DNA from: Candidatus Hermodarchaeota archaeon
GTDB taxonomy: Archaea > Asgardarchaeota > Thorarchaeia > Thorarchaeales > Thorarchaeaceae
Direction of reading: 5' to 3'
DNA: 16,774 nucleotides
Assembly (NCBI GenBank): GCA_048885865.1
Contig: JBHLLF010000051.1
Span: 1-16,774, forward strand
Below, in pieces: positions 1 through 8,371 of this stretch; position 1 is the stretch's first letter, and the number at the start of each line of letters is the position of its first letter. A program made the translations under genes and the position numbers. The notes under the pieces were generated by a model. It ran no database searches. It was not told where the DNA came from and was given only the letters and a program-made list of their open reading frames with translations.

Positions 1-861
1 CAGCGTATTGTAGACATCCTAAACTGGGAGGATCCATTAAAAGAGCCGTCCCAAGAGGTCACAGACGTCAATTGGTTGGGTGACATTGTATTCGACAACG
101 TCACCTTTGGATATAACACTAACAATGGAAACAATGAGCATTATGCTCTGAAAAACTTCAATATCACCATACCTGGTGGATCCAGAGTTGCTCTTATCGG
201 AGGACCCGGAGGTGGAAAGAGCACCATTCTGAAGCTCCTCTTGAGGCTTTATGATCCGACAGAGGGGTCAGTCAGTGTTGGTGGTGTAGACCTTAGGAAT
301 GTGACAACCAAGCATGTGCGTGATATGGTTGGATTGGTTGAACAGGACATCTTTTTGTTCAGGATGAGTGTTCGTGACAACATTGCGTTTGGGAGAAAGG
401 ATGCCTCGGATTTGGAGGTCATTGAAGCTGCGCGTCGAGCTCAGGCTGATGAGTTCATCGTGGAAATGGACGGGGGATATGATGCAAAAGTGGGCGAAAG
501 AGGTATGACTCTGAGCGGTGGTCAAAGACAACGACTTGCAATTGCCAGAGCGCTCATTCAGGACCCGAAGATCCTTCTTCTGGATGACTCTGTGAGCGCA
601 GTTGATGCACAGACAGAGTTCTTGATGAGGAAGGCACTGGATGAGGTTATGGTTGGCCGCACGAGCATCACTGTCACTCAACGACTTCGCACACTTCTTG
701 AGTCTGATTTGGTGCTAATAGTGGATAAGGGGCATCTAATTGCAGCTGGTACTCACGACGAGCTCATACGGGATTCAGAGCATTATCAACGCATATTCGA
801 GCGTTTGCCGGGAGCAAGAGCACTGCTTGATAGCATGTCTGTCCAGGGAGGTGCTGCGTGA
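1..861 (+). CDS. ABC exporter subunit 1 (NBD part; 5'-truncated by the window), carrying the degenerate catalytic residues of a TM287/288- or TmrAB-type heterodimer
   Basis: Frame is open from base 1 (QRIVDILNWEDP...), so the ORF-track start at 76 is internal. Walker A GGPGGGKS, signature LSGGQRQR, Walker B ILLLDD (Asp in place of the catalytic Glu), D-loop SAVD, switch TQR (Gln in place of His). Confidence 0.95.
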   Translation, partial: QRIVDILNWEDPLKEPSQEVTDVNWLGDIVFDNVTFGYNTNNGNNEHYALKNFNITIPGGSRVALIGGPGGGKSTILKLLLRLYDPTEGSVSVGGVDLRNVTTKHVRDMVGLVEQDIFLFRMSVRDNIAFGRKDASDLEVIEAARRAQADEFIVEMDGGYDAKVGERGMTLSGGQRQRLAIARALIQDPKILLLDDSVSAVDAQTEFLMRKALDEVMVGRTSITVTQRLRTLLESDLVLIVDKGHLIAAGTHDELIRDSEHYQRIFERLPGARALLDSMSVQGGAA

Positions 862-3005
862 TGGGCATGAGAGGTCATGGAGGTCCAAGAGCATTGGCCC
901 AGGGAAGACAAAAGAGAAGTCGTCCTATCCGCGTGCTACTTGGTCGGATGATTCACTACCTTGGTCGATTCAGACGCATTGTGGCGATTGGTGCTGTTCT
1001 ATCAGTTTTAGCTACAATTGTTTCTGTCTTTGATCCCCTTGTCTTGCAATTAGGTATTGATTCACTTGATTCTTCGGATCCTACTGCCTCATTCGGCTCG
1101 CTCTTGCTTCTGATTGGAATCTATATTGTGCTGAGAATTACGAGTTGGGCACTATCAAGTGGGAATACTTGGATTCTCGCAAATGCACAGGCAGGATTTG
1201 TGCAGAACATCCAGGAGGATGTCTATTCGCATCTCGTGAGAGCTGACCTTTCTTATCACAAGGCTGAGCAAAGCGGCAATGTCACATCAAGGGTCACGTC
1301 AGATACAGTCTCATTGGGGACCGGCATTCAGGTGATAATTAGCTTTGCAAGTCAAGCTCTTTTGCTTGTAGGTACATTCCTGCTTCTACTCTCCACTTCA
1401 CAAGCGTTAGCGCTAACGTCTCTCATTATAGTACCAGGGGTTGTCTTCATAGCGGTCCTGTTCGGAACAGTTGGTCAAAGAATCATGTTGGCATCCCAAA
1501 GAGCAGCGGGTGAGGTTTCTGGTCAGATTGCTGAGAATCTAAGCGGTATTCATGTCGCAAAGGCATTCAATCGAGAAACGGAACTCGCTGAGGAGATGAT
1601 GGAACTAAATCAGAAATCATACAAGTTTGGTGTCCGATTCATGATCTTGATGAGTGCTATGCAACCACTTGTAAGGAGCATCGGTCAGTTCGCAATAGCA
1701 GCTCTATTGTTTGTTGGGGGTACATTAGCTGTAGGTACATTACCTATTCTGACACCTGGAGAAGTATTCCTTGGAATTATGCTTGTCAGTCGTTTCATGT
1801 GGCCACTTCTATCACTCTCCATGATGGCTACACAGGTTCAGGCTTCTCTGGCAGCTATGGATCGCCTTTCCGATGTGCTTGAGTCAAAACGAGCAATCGA
1901 TGATTTCGAATATGCAGTCCCTCTCTCAGAAACTAGTGATGGCATCAGATTTGAGAATGTCACCTTTGAATATGTGAAAGAAACTCCCGTTTTGAGGAAT
2001 GTCAACCTCGCCATTGAACCTGGAGCGACTGTTGCTGTTGTAGGACATACTGGAGCTGGAAAAACAACATTGGCTGCCCTAGTTAACAGGTTCTACGATC
2101 CTCAAATAGGCAACATCCTGATTGGTGACCAGAATCTCAGAGAAATCACTTTAGACTCTCTACATGGCAATGTTGCACTGATACCTCAGGAGCCATATCT
2201 GTTCGATGCGTCCATAATGGACAACATCCGCTATGGTCGACCTGATGCCACAGACGAGGAGATCAAGGACCTATGCGCTTTGATTGGAGCAAATGACTTC
2301 ATTGAGGTCTTGGCTGATGGCTATGACACTTGTATCCTAGAGAATGGAAAGAATCTCAGTGCAGGACAAAGGCAAATGATTACCATTGCTCGAACCATGC
2401 TTGCAGATCCGCGAATTCTCATCCTTGATGAAGCTACAAGTAGACTAGATGCCTATAGTGAGTCGCTTGTACAGGATGCTCAGGCAATGCTGTTTTCAGA
2501 TAGAACCACCGTTGTCATCGCGCATCGACTCACTACTATTGCTAACGCATCTCGAATAATAGTCTTTCAGGATGGCGAAATCATTGAGGATGGAACACAC
2601 GAAGAGCTATTGGCTCTAAATGGTACATTCAAGTCACTCTACGAAACCTACTATGCTCATCAAGGCTTTGAGGAACTATCTGAAGAAACAGCACGAGTTG
2701 CCAGTGAGGAGGTTTCCAAGATAGGTGGGGAATCTGCTCTTGAATCGCCAAAGCCAAGTAGCGGTATGAGTATGATGGGTATGATGGGTGGTGGAGGATC
2801 GCACGATATGCCCGGCGGGCATGGTGGAATGATTGCTGGAGGCATGAGCGACCGGCGTGAAATGCTCAAGAAAATGCTCAAGAACCCAGATGATATTCCG
2901 CCGCAAATGCGTGGTCACTTGATTGAGAGGCTGGAGCAATCTGATGATCCTGAGATGCTGGAGCTCCTACAAAAACTGAAGGCGCTTGAAGGCAAATCTG
3001 AGTAG
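861..3005 (+). CDS. ABC exporter subunit 2 (TMD + NBD) with a Met/Gly-rich C-terminal extension
   Basis: Hydrophobic TMD, Walker A GHTGAGKT, signature LSAGQRQM, Walker B ILILDE, switch AHR. The start overlaps the upstream stop (TGATG at 859-863; alternative GTG at 858). RBS GGAGGTG at 847-853. Confidence 0.95.
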   Translation: MGMRGHGGPRALAQGRQKRSRPIRVLLGRMIHYLGRFRRIVAIGAVLSVLATIVSVFDPLVLQLGIDSLDSSDPTASFGSLLLLIGIYIVLRITSWALSSGNTWILANAQAGFVQNIQEDVYSHLVRADLSYHKAEQSGNVTSRVTSDTVSLGTGIQVIISFASQALLLVGTFLLLLSTSQALALTSLIIVPGVVFIAVLFGTVGQRIMLASQRAAGEVSGQIAENLSGIHVAKAFNRETELAEEMMELNQKSYKFGVRFMILMSAMQPLVRSIGQFAIAALLFVGGTLAVGTLPILTPGEVFLGIMLVSRFMWPLLSLSMMATQVQASLAAMDRLSDVLESKRAIDDFEYAVPLSETSDGIRFENVTFEYVKETPVLRNVNLAIEPGATVAVVGHTGAGKTTLAALVNRFYDPQIGNILIGDQNLREITLDSLHGNVALIPQEPYLFDASIMDNIRYGRPDATDEEIKDLCALIGANDFIEVLADGYDTCILENGKNLSAGQRQMITIARTMLADPRILILDEATSRLDAYSESLVQDAQAMLFSDRTTVVIAHRLTTIANASRIIVFQDGEIIEDGTHEELLALNGTFKSLYETYYAHQGFEELSEETARVASEEVSKIGGESALESPKPSSGMSMMGMMGGGGSHDMPGGHGGMIAGGMSDRREMLKKMLKNPDDIPPQMRGHLIERLEQSDDPEMLELLQKLKALEGKSE

Positions 3006-3017
3006 GAACTCGTCATT

Positions 3018-3791
3018 TCAGAAGAGTTCAATCGATTTAGCTGAGATAAGAGCTGTGCCCAGCACAATATAGGCTTCAGTTCTAACTATCTGCCCTAGTG
3101 GTTCTATCGGGGAGAGCTCTATACAGCACCATAGTACTATCTGCATGGTGAGGACAAGGACTGACAGGAAAGCAAGTCCGAGAGGGCGTGCTAACCTGCC
3201 GCTGCGAAAGACAAGAAGCACGTAGCCCATGGCTAGAGTGATGACTCCCATTCCAATAGCGAGGGGTGCGGTGGTGAACACTTCTACAGGATTTCTGGTT
3301 GGATTTAGAACCATCACGAAAGATGCAAGAATCAGCATAGCAACAGCTGGAATGATCACCATCATTGCCAATAGTCTGTTATCTTTGGTTGATTTGAGAA
3401 CTGAGTTGGAAGCCCGTAGATATCCTAGTACGCCAATAGCCCAGAGTATCAGCCCCGGCATCTGAACTAGACTAACTGTGAAGAGAAATGCTTCGCTCCC
3501 TTCCTGATTCGCCAGAAGGCTTGCTGCGACCTCAGAAATTGCATAAAGAACAAGCCCCAGAGAGAAAAACATATTCATCAGATGAAATCTGTCTTCACGC
3601 CTAAAGTCTTCACGTCCAAAGACCCACAAGCCAATGATGCCCATACTAAAAGCTGAAACTGGAGCTGAAATTAAGCCCAATATAGACAGTATGGATTGAT
3701 TGTTGATAAGCCAGGCAATTTCACTAGCAATTAGAATGGCAAGCGCGCTGACCACGAAAACATATGTCAAATATCTTTCTCGAGATGACAA
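3018..3791 (-). CDS. Hypothetical polytopic membrane protein (~8 TM segments)
   Basis: 257 aa with about eight hydrophobic stretches, short loops and no soluble domain. The TTG start is uncertain. Converges on the ABC gene with a 12-nt gap. Confidence 0.8.
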   Translation of the reverse strand: MSSRERYLTYVFVVSALAILIASEIAWLINNQSILSILGLISAPVSAFSMGIIGLWVFGREDFRREDRFHLMNMFFSLGLVLYAISEVAASLLANQEGSEAFLFTVSLVQMPGLILWAIGVLGYLRASNSVLKSTKDNRLLAMMVIIPAVAMLILASFVMVLNPTRNPVEVFTTAPLAIGMGVITLAMGYVLLVFRSGRLARPLGLAFLSVLVLTMQIVLWCCIELSPIEPLGQIVRTEAYIVLGTALISAKSIELF

Positions 3792-3885
3792 AGGTCAACA
3801 GCTCTCCACGCAAATGCAAATACAAAGTCGTGCTATCCTCGATTTGATTGTTTTCCTTATCAATGAGTTTCCGATGGGTATGCGA

Positions 3886-5082
3886 CTAATTCACCTGAAA
3901 TGACTCCCAATGAATGTCAAAGGCAGTACTTGGAAATTGTCGTTCAATGGATCTTCGAGCACCATTGAGAATCGTGTTTACCGGACTTGATCCCATAAGG
4001 GTGCTCATTCTTCTAGTGAACTCTTGGAAGAGGTCTCTGAATCCTCCACTCAATGTTTCAGGTGTAATGCTCCCCCTGACTGTGGCAGATACTAGAGACG
4101 TCTTGATCTCGACGTCTACTCCTTCCTCCAAGCCAACAAAAGCTAGCCATGGCAGCTCTGAGGTCAGTACATCCCTTGAGCTGAAGAATAGGCTTCTCGC
4201 GGGCTTAATTCCAAGTATCTTTGCGGTCCTGTTGAGTGTTTCCTGTAAAGCGGCAGTATACAGTACTGTGGTAGCTTGAGCTGGGGACACAAGCTCCACT
4301 GCTTTTCTTTGGGCAAGAATCGCAATCTCATCCAGAAATCGCTTAAGGTCACTTGTCTTAACTCTCTCCGCTGCTATTGAGAGTGGGGTCTCCCCATCAA
4401 GTTCTGGGAGAACTCTGGCTGTATCTTCCGAGATTCCAACTACAGTTTCTGTGGGTTGAATTAGACTAGTGGCTTGGTAGATGTCGTCAGGCTTAGCAGA
4501 TGGGGCGAGCGTGATTGCCTTCTCCCAATAAGCCTCAGCAGCCATATTCATTGCCAATTCAACAGGAACTTCCAAGAAGTTTGCTGCCTCTTGCACTGTG
4601 CAGACTTCAGGAATGAGCTTTAGAAATGATACCACATCTGCTGATTGAGTGTAGAACTCCCAATCTCGCTTGAGACGCATGGTTGTCTGGGGTTCAATCA
4701 AGTCGCGCACGAATTCCTCAATCACATTACGTTCAAAGCGAGTATACACTGCTAGGTCGAGATCAACCCATCTAAGTAGGCCAAATTGGTCCTCAAACGC
4801 GTCAATAAGCCTCTTGACCTTCTCTCTGACAATCTCCGTGTCTTCTCTAACTGTGACTGCGCCAAGTGTCCACTCACCAAACTCAACAATTATCTTGCTG
4901 TCTGTTCCTTCAAAAGCCCGAGCCTTTGAGGTGACTGAACGAGTAGCTTCATCAAAGAAAGAGGTCATGGCTACGAGGAAAGAGGATAACAGATCAGCAT
5001 CAAACTCAGGCTCTGCGAAATCATGGTGATACATACAAACACCAGTGTCGCGTCTGATGATGTATACGCTTTCTACCTGCAT
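3886..5082 (-). CDS. Longin-like domain protein with tandem winged-helix-like modules (NPR2/NPRL2-like architecture)
   Basis: N-terminus VYIIRRDTGVCMY...DADLLSSFLVAMTSFFDE...LIDAFEDQF fits the longin pattern common in Asgard archaea. Two wHTH-like segments follow (CTVQEAANFLEVPVELA..., LPELDGETPLSIAAERV...). RBS GGTGAGG lies upstream on the minus strand. Confidence 0.7.
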   Translation of the reverse strand: MQVESVYIIRRDTGVCMYHHDFAEPEFDADLLSSFLVAMTSFFDEATRSVTSKARAFEGTDSKIIVEFGEWTLGAVTVREDTEIVREKVKRLIDAFEDQFGLLRWVDLDLAVYTRFERNVIEEFVRDLIEPQTTMRLKRDWEFYTQSADVVSFLKLIPEVCTVQEAANFLEVPVELAMNMAAEAYWEKAITLAPSAKPDDIYQATSLIQPTETVVGISEDTARVLPELDGETPLSIAAERVKTSDLKRFLDEIAILAQRKAVELVSPAQATTVLYTAALQETLNRTAKILGIKPARSLFFSSRDVLTSELPWLAFVGLEEGVDVEIKTSLVSATVRGSITPETLSGGFRDLFQEFTRRMSTLMGSSPVNTILNGARRSIERQFPSTAFDIHWESFQVN

Positions 5083-5214
5083 CTATCCTTTCCTCACCAT
5101 GTGTCTTGCTTGGCGCGCAAGCAGGCAATCCCTCGGAGCGAACTGACGGACCTATCAGTCACCTTTTGAGGATTCTAGTGAAACTGCTAGAGTCAGTATC
5201 AGTATTCACTAGGA

Positions 5215-5221
5215 CTATAAG
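5215..5221. promoter_or_regulatory. TATA box (CTATAAG) upstream of ZPR1, possibly bidirectional
   Basis: Ends 22 nt before the ZPR1 ATG, which fits a leaderless archaeal transcript. Reads CTTATAG on the minus strand, facing the longin gene. Confidence 0.45.
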
Positions 5222-5243
5222 GATATGAAAGTGGTGTGGATGT

Positions 5244-5855
5244 ATGGCCGATGAAGAGTCCCTTGTCATCACGTGTCCCGCTTGTGAGGAAAGCGAGCTA
5301 GATGTGAACTCGATGCTCTACAGTGTGCCATATTTCAACGAGCTCGCAATGTTCACAATGAAGTGTCCGAATTGCAGCTTCACACACAATGACATCTTCT
5401 CAGCAGAGGAGCGGCCACCAAGTCGATGGACTCTAAGAGTTAACGATGAGGCGCATCTCAGAATTCGGGTTGTCAGGTCGGGCTCAGGCACTATCAGAAT
5501 GCCCGAGTTTGGCATTGATGTGGAACCCGGTCCTGCAGCAGAGTCGTTCATCAGCAATGTTGAAGGAGTCTTGATGCGTACTAGGCCAGTTGTTGAGACC
5601 GCAATCCGATTTGCTGAAAATGAGTCAGAAAGAGAAAGGGGAAAGGAGGTCCTCGAAATGATTGACAAATCGATGAGAAGTGAACTGCCATTCACACTCA
5701 TTCTTGAGGACCCGGTTGGTGTAAGTGGAATCCTGCCTGATGATCTCACTCTGGTGGAACATGTACGCTTGAGTCAGGAAGAGGCTTCCCAGTTGAAGGG
5801 TGCACCTGCCTGGATCGATGTGGCTCGTCAGGACTATACGGAGCGTAAGGGCTAA
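5244..5855 (+). CDS. zpr1: ZPR1-family zinc finger protein (archaeal single-module type)
   Basis: CPAC...CPNC zinc ribbon, VPYF motif, and the conserved RVVRSGSGTIRMPEFGIDVEPGPAAESFISNVEGVL and FTLILEDPxG segments. Confidence 0.93.
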   Translation: MADEESLVITCPACEESELDVNSMLYSVPYFNELAMFTMKCPNCSFTHNDIFSAEERPPSRWTLRVNDEAHLRIRVVRSGSGTIRMPEFGIDVEPGPAAESFISNVEGVLMRTRPVVETAIRFAENESERERGKEVLEMIDKSMRSELPFTLILEDPVGVSGILPDDLTLVEHVRLSQEEASQLKGAPAWIDVARQDYTERKG

Positions 5856-5887
5856 AAGGCCAGCCTAGGCTCTGACCAGTCAACAAT

Positions 5888-5964
5888 GGGCCGATAGATC
5901 AGCCTGGCAGATCGTCTGGTTTGCATCCAGAAGGTCGCGAGTTCAAATCTCGCTCGGTCCACCA
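5888..5964 (+). tRNA. tRNA-Ala (anticodon UGC), intron-less, CCA encoded
   Basis: Acceptor stem GGGCCGA/TCGGTCC with the G3:U70 alanine identity pair. D stem GATC/GATC. Anticodon stem TCTGG/CCAGA with TGC at 5922-5924. T arm GCGAG-TTCAAAT-CTCGC. Discriminator A at 5961, CCA at 5962-5964. Confidence 0.98.
5942..5962 (+). repeat. Left direct repeat (attL-like; tRNA-Ala 3' end)
   Basis: TTCAAATCTCGCTCGGTCCAC matches 11235-11255 at 20/21 nt. Confidence 0.85.
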
Positions 5965-5973
5965 TTTTCTTCT
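5965..5973 (+). terminator. Pyrimidine-rich archaeal terminator after tRNA-Ala
   Basis: TTTTCTTCT immediately follows the CCA end. Confidence 0.45.
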
Positions 5974-5979
5974 CAATGT

Positions 5980-6825
5980 TTAGATTAGGGGCTTCCTACC
6001 GCAAAAGATGAGATACCCTATATCCTCATATTCCTCTCCCTCTTCAACAGTAATGGCATTTCTGACACCGAGGACCTTCATGACCGTTCTCCTAACTGGG
6101 CCATTGATTAACATATGGTAAATCAATTTCAGATAGGCCTTGATACTGGCTTTTCTGTCTCTAGGGCTCTCTAGGACTTCTTGATAATTCTCAATTAGCT
6201 CCTTATTCTCCAGGTCTAGTCCTGCAAATTCAGCTCTCCACTCCTCAAGGCTAAGAAGTGCTGCGTCAGACCCAAGAACCATCTTCAAGGCAGCGTCTAG
6301 TTTCTCTGCAGCCTCACGTGATCCCTGTGGATTTGGGAACATGTCCAGAGTCCCAATAACTCCTCCTGGTTTTGTCACTCGTATATATTCTTGAAGTGCT
6401 CTATGCTTGTCAGGTACCAAGGCTGTGATTGCTACTCCGTAGACAGCATCGAATGTTTCATCATCGAAGGGCATTTCCATGACATTAGCAACTTGGAACT
6501 TCACATTGTTCAAACCCATTTTTGCAGCCCGTTCCCGAGCCTTTCGTATAAGTATCTCAGACAAGTCAATGCCTGTGACTTGACATCCATATTTCTCGGC
6601 AACCATGCAGCTCGTATACCCTGATGCGCATCCAAGCTCGAGAACTTGAAAGCCCGGATCTGCTTGAATATCTATTGAGTCCAACAGCCTATTTGTGCCC
6701 TTCAGGCCTCCAATCATAGGGCTGTTGAAAGCGCCTATGTATCCTAGGAAGTCATAGAATCCTAACTCTGCAACTTCCTTTCTCGACAATCTCTTTACTT
6801 TCAAACTGATAGCATTAGCCTCCAT
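5980..6825 (-). CDS. Class I SAM-dependent methyltransferase
   Basis: Motif I VLELGCASG, followed by VTGIDLS, MPFDDETFDAV and RVTKPGG. Start uncertain: ATG at 6825 overlaps the upstream stop; alternatives are 6858 or TTG at 6804. Confidence 0.92.
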   Translation of the reverse strand: MEANAISLKVKRLSRKEVAELGFYDFLGYIGAFNSPMIGGLKGTNRLLDSIDIQADPGFQVLELGCASGYTSCMVAEKYGCQVTGIDLSEILIRKARERAAKMGLNNVKFQVANVMEMPFDDETFDAVYGVAITALVPDKHRALQEYIRVTKPGGVIGTLDMFPNPQGSREAAEKLDAALKMVLGSDAALLSLEEWRAEFAGLDLENKELIENYQEVLESPRDRKASIKAYLKLIYHMLINGPVRRTVMKVLGVRNAITVEEGEEYEDIGYLIFCGRKPLI

Positions 6826-8359
6826 TTTGCAGTTGTTCTTGAGGGACAAGCCCATCAATCTCGATTCTGCTTTTGCTGAACTCGTTGGACAATTCGGATA
6901 GTGAGATTTCTCTCAAGTCGGAATTCTTGCGCATATGGCTCCTATGAGTCAAAGCAGCTTCTTGATTTGCTAGTAGTCTTCTCTTTCGGAAATATGCCCT
7001 AATTCCCTCCCAGATTTTCCCTAGGAGATATGTGTTCTTTGATTTGATTTGACGCCAGATGACAGATGGGCGCATGTAGAATCTGAGATAGGCCTGATAC
7101 AATATTGTCTTGAGTTTCTTCTCGTTAATGTCTGCAAGCTTCATGACAGGTGCCAGAACAGAATATTCTATCCAAGATTTGGCATTAAGCAACCCTTCCC
7201 TTTTAGCTTGCTCAAATAGCGGTGTTCCAGGATAAGGGGTGCAAATCGTGAATTGTGCGATCTCAGGATTCAGACGACATGCAAGGCCAACCGTTGACAT
7301 TGCTTCTTCTACTGTTTCACCGGGATAGCCAAGTACAAACGAGAAAATTCTCTCTAGTTTAGCATATTTCGCAATTTCATTCGATCTCCAAACCTGCTCG
7401 AGGGTTATTCCCTTTCGCATCAAATCTAAAACTCTTTGACTTCCTGATTCAACACCAATATACACAGAGCGACATCCTGCCTGCTTTAGCCGCTTAGCCA
7501 TTACTGGATTATTGGAGAGGATGTCTGCACGTGCAGAACAAGTCCAACCTAGAGAGTAATTCCGAGTTCGTATTAGCTCGCAAATTTGTTTTACTCTCAA
7601 AGGATCATAACAGAATAGATCATCCAGGAACTCCAACTCATCAATCTTGTATCTCCTAACGAGTAAATCCACTTCTGCAATCACATTTTCAGCAGACCGG
7701 CCCCTCCATTTTTTCCCAGATGATCTCGATGAAGAACAGAAAGTACAACTAAATGGACAACCTCTGCTAGATATCATAGTACCAACGCGAATTGGTCCTT
7801 GCAGATATTGCTTCATATCCATCAAGTCATAGGCTGGAAACGGGAGTGTGTCCAAATCTTCAATCGGGCGAGATAGAGGATTCCGTTTAATCTCCGAACT
7901 CATCCGATATGTAATGCCCTTGACCTTTTCCAATTGATCTGTTCCCATTCTTTCCAACAGATCTAACATGACATATTCGCCCTCACCTCTGACAACAAAA
8001 TCAATTTGAGGCGCATCTCTTAGGATGAGGGCATCAGAGAAAGAGGCATGTGCACCACCCACTACAACTTTGCAATCAAGGTCAGAATCCTTCGCTACTG
8101 CTGCCAATCTATAAACGTCATAGATCGCAGGTGTAGCCTGAGCACTGATTCCAACAACATCCGGTCTAAATCTCGATATCACTTCTGCAAACTCAGCATC
8201 ATTAGTTTGGTGAAGCATTCCATCATGTATTGCTACTTCATGGCTTCCAAACTCTCTGAGGTAACTTGCCAAATATCCAAGGCCAAGTGGAGGTGTAACA
8301 AATCCGAGTGAGTCTCTAATGTCATTGGGAGAATAAGGAATGGTGAATAATACTCTCAT
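6815..8359 (-). CDS. Cobalamin (B12)-binding radical SAM protein (class B methylase/BchE-like; Gmm-like candidate)
   Basis: N-terminal B12-binding domain (PPLGLGYLASYL, VVVGGAHAS, DFVVRGEGE), SRGCPFSCTFC CxxxCxxC motif, IGVESGS, LGYPGET and TPYPGT. RBS GGAGG upstream. Confidence 0.93.
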   Translation of the reverse strand: MRVLFTIPYSPNDIRDSLGFVTPPLGLGYLASYLREFGSHEVAIHDGMLHQTNDAEFAEVISRFRPDVVGISAQATPAIYDVYRLAAVAKDSDLDCKVVVGGAHASFSDALILRDAPQIDFVVRGEGEYVMLDLLERMGTDQLEKVKGITYRMSSEIKRNPLSRPIEDLDTLPFPAYDLMDMKQYLQGPIRVGTMISSRGCPFSCTFCSSSRSSGKKWRGRSAENVIAEVDLLVRRYKIDELEFLDDLFCYDPLRVKQICELIRTRNYSLGWTCSARADILSNNPVMAKRLKQAGCRSVYIGVESGSQRVLDLMRKGITLEQVWRSNEIAKYAKLERIFSFVLGYPGETVEEAMSTVGLACRLNPEIAQFTICTPYPGTPLFEQAKREGLLNAKSWIEYSVLAPVMKLADINEKKLKTILYQAYLRFYMRPSVIWRQIKSKNTYLLGKIWEGIRAYFRKRRLLANQEAALTHRSHMRKNSDLREISLSELSNEFSKSRIEIDGLVPQEQLQNGG

Positions 8360-8371
8360 CCCTTAGCCTCC

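Noticed and set aside
2764-2795. GTATGATGG-type tandem repeats as a DNA repeat or CRISPR-like element
   Set aside because: They simply encode the Met/Gly low-complexity tail. No repeat-spacer array was seen anywhere in the window.
5083-5100. Upstream mini-ORF MVRKG* in frame with the longin gene
   Set aside because: Consists essentially of the GGTGAGG ribosome-binding site; no independent evidence of function.
5134-5170. GAA-containing stem-loop as an archaeal SECIS element
   Set aside because: Geometry does not match the GAA/A internal loop well, and no in-frame UGA gene was found nearby.
5862-5871. Perfect 10-bp palindrome AGCCTAGGCT between zpr1 and the tRNA
   Set aside because: Palindromes of this length are expected by chance in 17 kb, and no second copy was noticed.
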